46,546 nucleotides of DNA from Phycisphaerales bacterium (GTDB taxonomy: Bacteria; Planctomycetota; Phycisphaerae; SM23-33). The DNA is taken from positions 1-46,546 of the forward strand of contig JABGPF010000005.1 of NCBI GenBank assembly GCA_018645065.1, in the 5' to 3' direction. This document shows positions 8,478 through 16,200 of the stretch, piece by piece; the stretch's first letter is position 1, and every line of letters starts with the position of its first letter. Position numbers and translations under genes: made by a program. A model generated the notes under the pieces. That model saw only the letters and a program-made list of their open reading frames with translations. It had not been told where the DNA came from and did not search any database.

Positions 8478-8924
8478 ATGAAAAAGGCAATAGTTATTTC
8501 GTTGGCGTTGTTGTTGGTGTTCTCGACGGTTGCAATGGCCGGAGGTGATCAAAACCAATACCAGAAAGGCAAGGAAGGTACTCCTGGCCAGGGTGTGCAA
8601 AATCATGATCGTGAATGCCCAGAAGATCCCGGTTGCCCCGAAGATTGCCCCGGATGCCCGGACTGTGAGGGCCCCATGGGGCCGGGTGATGGGATATGCG
8701 ATGACATGGCTTCGCGTAACCGAGATCGCGACGGTGGTTGCGAAGGCGACGGTCCTATCGGACCAGGACCTGGCGACGGTACTGGCGAAGGCGACGGACC
8801 GTTCGGCCCTGGTAACGGCGATGGCGACGGTGAAGGCGGCGACGGTCCGTTCGGCCCCGGTAACGGTGATGGCGACGGTGAAGGCGGCAACGGACCATTT
8901 GGCCCCGGAGATTGCACCGAATAG
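8478..8924 (+). CDS. Small secreted, highly acidic Cys/Gly/Asp/Pro-rich repeat protein (no recognisable family)
   Basis: The ATG at 8478 is preceded by aagaggag. The signal peptide is MKKAIVISLALLLVFSTVAMA. The mature part has 8 Cys (ECPEDPGCPEDCPGCPDCEG...GICDD...GGCEG...GDCTE) and tandem GDGPFGPGNGDGDGEGG units. The overlapping track ORFs on both strands are repeat artefacts. Confidence 0.7.
   Translation: MKKAIVISLALLLVFSTVAMAGGDQNQYQKGKEGTPGQGVQNHDRECPEDPGCPEDCPGCPDCEGPMGPGDGICDDMASRNRDRDGGCEGDGPIGPGPGDGTGEGDGPFGPGNGDGDGEGGDGPFGPGNGDGDGEGGNGPFGPGDCTE
8790..8912 (+). repeat. 48-bp tandem repeat, about 2.5 copies, inside the small secreted protein gene
   Basis: Unit 1 (8790-8837) is ggcgacggaccgttcggccctggtaacggcgatggcgacggtgaaggc. 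Unit 2 (8838-8885) differs from it at 3 positions. A partial, more diverged third unit follows. Confidence 0.85.
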
Positions 8925-8957
8925 AATAGTACCTGCTGTAACATGACAATTGGAGGG

Positions 8958-8999
8958 AACCCGGAACTGCCTTATGCGGTAGCCCGGGTTTTGTCTATT
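8958..8999 (+). terminator. Possible terminator after the small secreted protein gene
   Basis: A 7-bp stem aacccgg/ccgggtt (8958-8964 with 8984-8990) encloses a 19-nt loop and is followed by ttgtctatt. The loop is large and the T-run is interrupted. Confidence 0.3.
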
Positions 9000-9081
9000 A
9001 TGAGAGCGCAAACCTTGACCGGGGCGGTGGGGTTCCATATCATGTGTAATTCGATGCCTCCATGCCGATTGGGACCCTGTA

Positions 9082-9945
9082 ATGAAGATTCGCCCTTACA
9101 AACTTTCGCAGCTTGAATACGAAGATTTCTCGATCGCCGGCTATAGCGTAGCCGGTGAGGAGACCGTTATCGTTGCGCCGGAATTCGACTGCGTTTTCGA
9201 TATCGGAAAATGCCCGAGAGAAGCACTCACCGTTAATCATGTGCTGCTGACCCACGGACATGCCGATCATGTTGCCGGTATTCCTTACTACTTTGCACAG
9301 CGAGACTTCCAGGGTATGTCGGGCGGTATGGCGCTGGTTCCGGCGAATCTGGTGAAACCGCTGGAAGCACTGATGAGCGCATGGGGACGCGTCGAAGGAC
9401 ATGTTCCGCCCTGCAAATTCATCGGAATGAGAGACGGGGACGAATACGAGATCAGACGCAATCTGATCGTCAGGGCGTTCAACTCAAGGCATATCCCGGG
9501 TTCGCTGGGCTATTCGATAGTTGAAAAACGCCACAAACTAAAAGCCGAATTCATCGGGCTCACCGGACCGCAACTGGTCGAACTCAAGGGCAAAGGCGTC
9601 GAGATAACTAACCAGACCGAAGTGGCGCACGTTGCGTATCTGGGCGACACCGGAAAAGCCGACTACGCCAAACTACCGCACGTAGCACAGGCCAAAGTCC
9701 TGCTGGTGGAGTGCACCTTCTTCGACGACGACCACACTTCACGGGCCAAAGATGGAAGGCACATACACGTGCGAGATCTCTACGGAATGCTCGACGGTAT
9801 GGAAAACGAACATATAGTCATCGTGCACGTAACGCGAAGGACGAACATGTCGGCCGCTCGGAAACTGCTCAGAGATTCCCTGCCAAAAGAGATCGCAAAA
9901 AAAGTAACGTTCATGATGAGCCGCAAATACATCGAAGGCGATTGA
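9082..9945 (+). CDS. MBL-fold metallo-hydrolase (RNase Z/BN-like)
   Basis: 287-aa ORF with the HxHxDH motif in VLLTHGHADHVAGIPYYF. Later His/Asp ligand contexts are present (SRHIPGS, YLGDTG, VHVTRR). Confidence 0.85.
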   Translation: MKIRPYKLSQLEYEDFSIAGYSVAGEETVIVAPEFDCVFDIGKCPREALTVNHVLLTHGHADHVAGIPYYFAQRDFQGMSGGMALVPANLVKPLEALMSAWGRVEGHVPPCKFIGMRDGDEYEIRRNLIVRAFNSRHIPGSLGYSIVEKRHKLKAEFIGLTGPQLVELKGKGVEITNQTEVAHVAYLGDTGKADYAKLPHVAQAKVLLVECTFFDDDHTSRAKDGRHIHVRDLYGMLDGMENEHIVIVHVTRRTNMSAARKLLRDSLPKEIAKKVTFMMSRKYIEGD

Positions 9946-10154
9946 CCGCTGCAACATAAATTAAGGGCTTTGGGGCTCGTTTTAAGTGGTTTTTTGTCGG
10001 GTGTGCCAGACGCCGTTAGGTTGACGCCGCGACCCCAACATTGCCCGTTTTCTGTTTTCCTCCGTCCCGCTGGTCATTCCTTTATCATGAATTTGAGAAG
10101 TTTTTTCCGCACAGGGGTAACCCTCATGAAACAACTGCCATATCGGGTAAGAAG

Positions 10155-10748
10155 ATGAATTATGAGAGTAACATTGATGATGCAGCCGTTGATAAGGCGG
10201 TCAAACAGGTACAGGCTGGAAAGACTGCGCCCTTCGAAGTGGTTGTGCGCCGGTATGAAAGGCCATTGCGTGCATGGCTGGCTGTGCAGGCTCCGCCCGG
10301 TATCGACGTTGAGGAGATCGCTCAACGGGCGTTTGTGGCTGCGTACAGCCGTATCAGCGACTATACGGCTGGCACGAACTTCGGAGCATGGCTGTTCACA
10401 ATTGCCCGGTACCAGCTAAAGACAGAAACAACGCGTTTGCGCCGAATTGCGGACTACCATGCGCGCTACGAGCTGAATTTGCTCGAACGCGAACAGGACA
10501 GACGGGCCGATGAGCCTCCGGAGCACCAGGTGATTCGGTTGGATCATCTGCATACATGCCTGGGGGCGCTGGGAGAACATGTGCGGAGGTTTGTTACCTG
10601 GCGCTACGATGAATGCATCCCGCTCGAAGTAATGGCCGAGCGTTCGGGACGCTCGGTGGCGGCGGTGAAGAAACAGTTGTGGAAGCTGCGCAGGACGCTC
10701 CGCGACTGCATTGAAGGCAAGATGCCACGGGAGGTAGGCCCGTCATGA
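10155..10748 (+). CDS. RNA polymerase ECF-type sigma-70 factor
   Basis: The ATG at 10155 gives MNYESNIDDAAVDKAVKQVQAGKTAPFEVVVRRYERPLRAWL. Region 2 is EIAQRAFVAAYSRISDY..FGAWLFTIARYQL. Region 4 is VTWRYDECIPLEVMAERSGRSVAAVKKQLWKLR. Its stop overlaps the next gene's start as ATGA. Confidence 0.85.
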   Translation: MNYESNIDDAAVDKAVKQVQAGKTAPFEVVVRRYERPLRAWLAVQAPPGIDVEEIAQRAFVAAYSRISDYTAGTNFGAWLFTIARYQLKTETTRLRRIADYHARYELNLLEREQDRRADEPPEHQVIRLDHLHTCLGALGEHVRRFVTWRYDECIPLEVMAERSGRSVAAVKKQLWKLRRTLRDCIEGKMPREVGPS

Positions 10749-12133
10749 ATACTGAAGAACGGTTCACAATTCTCTGGACTGACTACCTTGAAGGCGAGCT
10801 TGATGAAACGGGCCTCGCCGAACTGCGTGAACTGCTGGCAGGCGACCAGCGATACGTCGAACTTGCAACCGACAGCTTGAGGACGCACCGCCTCCTGGGT
10901 ATGGCCGAACAGGACAAGGCATGGAGGCAGGATGCTTTCGTGGCCGACACTATGGCAAAGCTCCCGGCCAAAGGTGAGGAGTTCGTCGACGCGGTAATGC
11001 ACCGGTTGCCAGACCCTCCGCAAAAGACAGAGCCTGCCGGAACCCTCAAGCTGAAGGCCTGGCGCCTGCCTCTTGCCGCCGCCGCAGCAGTCGCAGTCGC
11101 TGTCCTGGCAACAATCATTATCACCCGCGTGGAGTCGGGCCCGAAGACTATTGCCCGCATAACGGCATTGAACGGATCGGTGCAATGGACCACCGACGGC
11201 GGGCATGTTCGGACCGATCTGGAGATCGGTACGCCGATCCACAGCGGTGTGCTGGAAACACTGAACCACGACTCCTGGCTCGAGTGTGAGTTTCTCGACG
11301 GCACTAAGATATCTCTTTCGGGCCATTCACTGGCGACTGTCTCTGAGCACGAACACCAGAAGGTCCTGCACCTGCGCGAGGGCCACATGTTCGCCGACGT
11401 TAAGCCCCAACCGAAAAACAAGCCGATGCGCGTGATAACGCCGACCGCAGAGGCCAAAGTCCTCGGAACCAAGTTCCAGGTGGCCTGCAAGCAGCAGTCC
11501 ACCAGTCTGAGAGTGAAAGAGGGGCTGGTGCAGGTTCGACGCCTTGCCGACGGCAGCACGAGCAAAGTTCCCGCCGGCCACGTCATCGTGGCGGCATTGG
11601 AGCAGCAGACAGAGTTCAAGCCCGAGCGGCGCAAGGAGTTCGCTTCCTCCTGGAAGGCGACCGTCAGGCGGGATATCAGCTACGGGGAGTTGCACCATGC
11701 TTCAGAAGGAAGACCCGACAGTGTTTACGCAAAGCCGCTCCTCTGGAGAGGAGACGACGGTAAGCAGAAGCCCTCGCTGATCTACGTTGCGACTCTTGAT
11801 ACCAGGACGGCGACACCAATTCTCCAAGCCGGGTCCAGCATCAGAGTCAGGGGCCGGTTGCGCAAGGATGCCCTGGTGGTCTTCGGGTTCACCGCCCATC
11901 ACAGCAAGGGCGGCTTCGCAGGAAAATACTCGCACGCGAAGAGACACGTAAAAGCGAGCCAGGGCCAGGCAGAGTATTTTGAAGTGGAGATACCGCTCAA
12001 GGAGTTCGGTAGAGACAGGGGTCTTAAACACTACGCGGAGTCGCCGATCGGCCTCGAGCTGCACCAGTGCTGGATTCTTACGCTCGACAAAGACTACGGG
12101 TTGGAAGTTATTGACGTTGTACTGCAGAACTGA
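10745..12133 (+). CDS. FecR-family anti-sigma factor / transmembrane sensor
   Basis: 462-aa ORF with an N-terminal anti-sigma segment (WTDYLEGELDETGLAELRELL) and one TM helix (LPLAAAAAVAVAVLATIII). The FecR block is DGTKISLSGHSLATV...LREGHMFADV...PMRVITPTAEAKVLGTKFQV. It is translationally coupled to the ECF sigma gene. Confidence 0.85.
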   Translation: MNTEERFTILWTDYLEGELDETGLAELRELLAGDQRYVELATDSLRTHRLLGMAEQDKAWRQDAFVADTMAKLPAKGEEFVDAVMHRLPDPPQKTEPAGTLKLKAWRLPLAAAAAVAVAVLATIIITRVESGPKTIARITALNGSVQWTTDGGHVRTDLEIGTPIHSGVLETLNHDSWLECEFLDGTKISLSGHSLATVSEHEHQKVLHLREGHMFADVKPQPKNKPMRVITPTAEAKVLGTKFQVACKQQSTSLRVKEGLVQVRRLADGSTSKVPAGHVIVAALEQQTEFKPERRKEFASSWKATVRRDISYGELHHASEGRPDSVYAKPLLWRGDDGKQKPSLIYVATLDTRTATPILQAGSSIRVRGRLRKDALVVFGFTAHHSKGGFAGKYSHAKRHVKASQGQAEYFEVEIPLKEFGRDRGLKHYAESPIGLELHQCWILTLDKDYGLEVIDVVLQN

Positions 12134-12161
12134 CCCAACAAACATAGAAAGGATAATTCAA

Positions 12162-13148
12162 ATGGTAGCAGAAGGCAGATACATGACGATGATGGCGGCG
12201 GTACTACTTTCAGTGGTGTCAATCGCCGTCGTACGGGCCAGCGGAAAGAGCGACTACAGGTTCTCGTACTACGCCAACGGCAGGATCTGTGTGGACAAAC
12301 TTCCCGAGATTGACGGAAAAGGGCCTATCATGACGCCCCCCGGGCGAGGCTGGGAGGACTTCAAACCATCCTGGTCGAAAACAGGTGACATGCTGGTCTT
12401 CTTCCGCAGGGTTAAGAACGATCCGGTCGTTGTCAACTGGAAGACCATCCTCTGCATCGTCAAGGCCGACGGTACCGGCCTACAGAAGTTGACCGATGAC
12501 AAGCACACAAACTTCAACCCGACCTGGACAAGGGACGGGAAGAACTCGCCTGTCTGGAACCGGAAACACCCCAAGGGACACTTCATCGTGATGCGGAGCG
12601 AGATCGGCAACAAGCCCGAGCAATGCGTCGCCCTCACCGACCATCGCTATCACAACTGGATACACTCCTGCCTGACCGACGGCCGCATGCTGGTGGAGTC
12701 GGCGCACCCTACGATGGGTTACGGCTACTACCTGATGACGCCAAAAGCGGGGGGCAAGTCCACGTATCAGCGGATTGATGACGGCGGTTTGCTGAAGAAG
12801 GGATTAATGGCCCGGATAAGCATCTCGCCGGATGAAAAGATGATCTGTTTCGGTCACATCCTCGGCCACAAGTTCAAGGAACCGGGACACGCGATGACTA
12901 TTGCCGACTTCGATGTGAAGAAACTGAAATTCACGAATCCCAAAGTGATCGCCAACAAAGAGCACAAGCCCGCCTGGTATGCGTACCCGCGATGGACCAG
13001 GGATGGCAAGGCCGTGATCTACCACGCCAACACCACCGGTAAGGGAAGGCTTTTTCTCTACACACTGGCTGACGGATCGACAAAGCAGGTGTCCAAGAAC
13101 GATGCCGTTGACTTTCGTTACCCTCACGTGGAAGATACCCCGAAATAA
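12162..13148 (+). CDS. Secreted TolB-like (PD40 / WD40-like beta-propeller repeat) protein
   Basis: The ATG at 12162 follows the FecR stop and gives a signal-anchor (MTMMAAVLLSVVSIAVVRA). PD40-like repeats are PSWSKTGDMLVFF, NPTWTRDGK and YPRWTRDGKAVIY. The track start at 11979 overlaps fecR. Confidence 0.7.
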   Translation: MVAEGRYMTMMAAVLLSVVSIAVVRASGKSDYRFSYYANGRICVDKLPEIDGKGPIMTPPGRGWEDFKPSWSKTGDMLVFFRRVKNDPVVVNWKTILCIVKADGTGLQKLTDDKHTNFNPTWTRDGKNSPVWNRKHPKGHFIVMRSEIGNKPEQCVALTDHRYHNWIHSCLTDGRMLVESAHPTMGYGYYLMTPKAGGKSTYQRIDDGGLLKKGLMARISISPDEKMICFGHILGHKFKEPGHAMTIADFDVKKLKFTNPKVIANKEHKPAWYAYPRWTRDGKAVIYHANTTGKGRLFLYTLADGSTKQVSKNDAVDFRYPHVEDTPK

Positions 13149-13160
13149 TAAGGAGTGGAA

Positions 13161-14234
13161 ATGCAGAACCTGAACAGACGTGACTTTATCGGAGCAGCGG
13201 TGGGCGCCGTGGCCGCTCTGAACGCCCCGCATCTTTTCGCCGCAGGCAAGAAAGCTCCAAGCAAATCCAAGGTCTCGACCGTGAGAGGGAACGACCTGGC
13301 CAGGATGACTCTGGACTCACTGGAGGCCCTGGGAGGCATGAAGACCGTCGTGAATGAGGGCGAAACGGTCTTCATTAAGCCCAATTTTGTCAATGCTCCC
13401 TGGGCAAAACACAACAAGTGTTTCGCAACGGGCGAATGCACGAAACCTGAAATCATTCTCGCGGTAACGGAAGAGTGTTTGAAGGCCGGCGCACGGCAGG
13501 TCATCATCGGCGACGGCAGCCAGCTCCCGAAATATGAATGGAAACACTTAAAAACCCTGGACGGTAAGAAGGACATGGTCACCGAGGCCAAGCGCCTGAG
13601 CTCGAAGTACAGCGGAAACATCAAGCTGGCCTGCCTGGAAGTCGACTCCCCCGGCTGGGTGGAGGTTCCCTCAAAGTGTAAGCAGAAGAAGATCGCCATA
13701 TCGGACATGGTGACCAAGGCCGACAGGATCATCACGATCCCGGTCGCCAAGACCCATTCATGGGCCCAACTGACACTGGGTCTGAAGAACTTTATCGGAA
13801 TCACCCCGCTCAAACGATACGCACAGCTTATCGACAAGACCTGGTGGAACCGCGGGAGTATCGATCACAGCAGCCCACGGGCGATCTCGCAGGTATACCT
13901 CGATATAGTCAAAGCCATAAAGCCGGACCTGTCGATCGTGGATTTCTCCGTCTGTCTCGAAAGCAACGGTCCGTCCGTCGGTCAGGGCGGAAAGACCGTC
14001 GATGTCAAGAAACGCATTGGCTCATGGGCGGTCATTGCCAGTAAAGACATCATGGCCGCTGACGCCACGGCTGCGAGAATCATGAGTCACGATGTGAAGA
14101 AGATGAAGCAACTTACGATGGGCTACGCGATGGGGCTGGGGCAGATCGACGAGCGTTCGATCGAGATCGTTGGTGAAAAGCTGGAGAAACTGGCAATGAA
14201 ATGGAAACCGGCGCAGATCAAGGGACACATGTAG
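13161..14234 (+). CDS. DUF362 domain protein with a twin-arginine (Tat) signal
   Basis: The Tat motif is MQNLNRRDFIGAAVGAVAALNAPHLFAAG, preceded by aaggag. The DUF362-like core is GETVFIKPNFV...IITIPVAKTHSWAQLTLGLKNFIG. An alternative GTG start lies at 13155. Confidence 0.75.
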   Translation: MQNLNRRDFIGAAVGAVAALNAPHLFAAGKKAPSKSKVSTVRGNDLARMTLDSLEALGGMKTVVNEGETVFIKPNFVNAPWAKHNKCFATGECTKPEIILAVTEECLKAGARQVIIGDGSQLPKYEWKHLKTLDGKKDMVTEAKRLSSKYSGNIKLACLEVDSPGWVEVPSKCKQKKIAISDMVTKADRIITIPVAKTHSWAQLTLGLKNFIGITPLKRYAQLIDKTWWNRGSIDHSSPRAISQVYLDIVKAIKPDLSIVDFSVCLESNGPSVGQGGKTVDVKKRIGSWAVIASKDIMAADATAARIMSHDVKKMKQLTMGYAMGLGQIDERSIEIVGEKLEKLAMKWKPAQIKGHM

Positions 14235-14433
14235 GGAAGGAGCCCGTTCGATGAACGACAAACTGGAGACGGGGGCATAGGGGTCCGCCTTTAAGGTCCG
14301 TCGAATACAGGCGAAAAAAGTTTGATAATTCTGGGATAGTTTCGCATACTTACGACACCTTGTCGTTAGACATGTAAGCGGTTTGGTTTGTGGGGCTTGA
14401 TATACGGACAAGCGGTTTTTACCGGAGATACGG

Positions 14434-16200
14434 ATGTTACGTAATATAAATTTGTTGATCGCCGCCTTGGTAATGTCAGTGGCGATGGTCTCGGGGTGTA
14501 CGCCGGGGTGGTACGCCAACTGGGCCGATCGAGACGCTTACGGAGCTATTTCCGATGGGCAGGCTTCGGCGTTGGGCAAGGGGTACAAATTTGATATCGC
14601 ATACAATCCGGTGGATTGCGACAATTATCTAAAGCGAGCTAAGGACGAGACCGAAAGTGATGTGGACGTATTGTCGCTCGAAGCTGCTCTGGAGGTTGCA
14701 TTCAAGAACAGCAGGGGCTTTCAAACGAGCAAAGAGGCGTTGTATAGTTCGGCGCTTTCTTTGGCGAATCTTTCCCGAGGGTGGGAGACTCTCTTACCGA
14801 CAGGTGAGGTCAATTCAACCGCTGAGGTGATCCGCACCGGAAAGGGTGCTCCGAAAGACGGAATCGACAGCACAAACAGATACCTCAGCGGTGATGGAAG
14901 TTACTCTCTGAGCAGGCGTCTTGTCGGCGGCGGGCTCCTTACGCTCGGGGCGTCGATGAACTTCGTGACGAACTTACTGGGCGGTACTGACACGCAGATC
15001 GGTTCGCTCATCGAAGGCGGGTTCTCCCAGCCGTTGCTCAGGGGCGCCTGGCGAGGGTTGGCGTATGAGCCCCAGCACAGGCGCGAGCGGAATTTTCTGA
15101 TCGATGTCTACGAGTTCGACCGGTTCAGGCAAACTTTTGCAGTTGAAATTATGCAGAAATACTACGCTGTTCTAACCCTCAAAGACCGACTCGAAAACAG
15201 CCGCACAAACATCAGGCGGCTTCGGACTGCTTACCTCGTGACCAAGGCGATGGTCAAGGGCGGGCAGTTAAATCGGACTCAGGAAGACCAGGCCGAGCAG
15301 GACCTGCTGAATGCACAAATCGGCTTTGAACAGACCCAGTTGACGTATTCCAACACGCTCGATAATTTCAAAATTACGCTGGGCCTTCCGATTTCAAAAG
15401 ATTTGAAACTCGACTACCCCGGCGCGCTGCAACGCCTTAACAAGAAGGGCCCCCAGGAGTTGCCTTTTGAAGAGGCGATCGCAACCAGTACGTCCGTTAT
15501 AACCGACACCGCCTTGCTGCGGGCCAGAGCAACTGCGCGGGACGCTGACAAGGACGTAGAGATCGCAGCCGACAATTTCAATCCTCAACTCGATATTGAA
15601 CTCAAAGCCTCGGCCCAAGGGACCGACAAGGCCCAGCCGGCACGCATCCAGACAGACCACGCCAACCGAAGCGCGAAGGTTACGTTCAACTACAATCTCG
15701 ATCAGACCGACAATCGCGACGCCTACCGTAATTCGCTTATTTGGAAAGACCGATCGAAGCGAAGCCTTTCCGAGGCTGAAGACACCGCCACCCTGAACGT
15801 GCGGAATTCGTTCAGGTCTCTGAAGCAATCAGGGCAGAGTTTTGCGTTGCAGGTAAGGAGTGTGGATATTGCTCGGCGACGGACCGCACTTATCGGCATC
15901 CAGCGAAAACAAGGCCAGGCCTCAACGCGCGACGTCCTGGAAGCCGAAGACGCTCTGAACAATTCGCTCAACGGTCTTACAAGTTCGTTGGTAAACTACA
16001 CAATCACCCGGCTGCAGTTTTTGGCGAGCCTGGGTATGCTTAGTGTCGACGCCGATGGAAAACTCACCGAGCGCAAAACTCCGTTCGGGTATGACCGCCT
16101 TCAAAAACGCTATTCGTACTTGAAGTCGGGTGCGTCCGAGAAGAAAGATGCGCCGAAAGACGCCAAAGAAGCCCCCGAAGAGAAAAAAGATGATAAATAA
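14434..16200 (+). CDS. TolC-family outer membrane efflux protein
   Basis: 588-aa ORF with signal peptide and lipobox MVSGC. The two-repeat OEP pattern is present (LSLEAALEVAFKNSRGFQTSKEAL... and later DVLEAEDALNNSLNGLTSSLVNYTITRLQFLASLG). It has a Lys/Glu-rich C-terminal tail. Confidence 0.85.
   Translation: MLRNINLLIAALVMSVAMVSGCTPGWYANWADRDAYGAISDGQASALGKGYKFDIAYNPVDCDNYLKRAKDETESDVDVLSLEAALEVAFKNSRGFQTSKEALYSSALSLANLSRGWETLLPTGEVNSTAEVIRTGKGAPKDGIDSTNRYLSGDGSYSLSRRLVGGGLLTLGASMNFVTNLLGGTDTQIGSLIEGGFSQPLLRGAWRGLAYEPQHRRERNFLIDVYEFDRFRQTFAVEIMQKYYAVLTLKDRLENSRTNIRRLRTAYLVTKAMVKGGQLNRTQEDQAEQDLLNAQIGFEQTQLTYSNTLDNFKITLGLPISKDLKLDYPGALQRLNKKGPQELPFEEAIATSTSVITDTALLRARATARDADKDVEIAADNFNPQLDIELKASAQGTDKAQPARIQTDHANRSAKVTFNYNLDQTDNRDAYRNSLIWKDRSKRSLSEAEDTATLNVRNSFRSLKQSGQSFALQVRSVDIARRRTALIGIQRKQGQASTRDVLEAEDALNNSLNGLTSSLVNYTITRLQFLASLGMLSVDADGKLTERKTPFGYDRLQKRYSYLKSGASEKKDAPKDAKEAPEEKKDDK

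Noticed and set aside
8790-8912. Possible CRISPR array
   Set aside because: The repeats are directly adjacent with no spacers, have a 48-bp in-frame period and lie inside a coding sequence. There are no cas genes. This is a coding tandem repeat.
8418-9038. Minus-strand ORFs (206, 113 and 64 aa) and a second plus-strand frame (138 aa) over the Gly/Asp repeat gene
   Set aside because: Tandem low-complexity DNA stays open in several frames. Only the 8478 frame has a strong RBS (aagaggag) and a canonical signal peptide. I noted a Pro/Ser-rich antisense product as an alternative but found no start context for it.
10041-10154. N-terminal extension of the second ECF sigma factor (track start 10041) and an ECF-type -35/-10 (GTAACC-17 nt-ATATCG) upstream
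   Set aside because: The extension (MPVFCFPPSRWSFLYHEF...) has no sigma homology, so I prefer the ATG at 10155. The putative ECF promoter matches the GGAAC...CGTC consensus too poorly to report.
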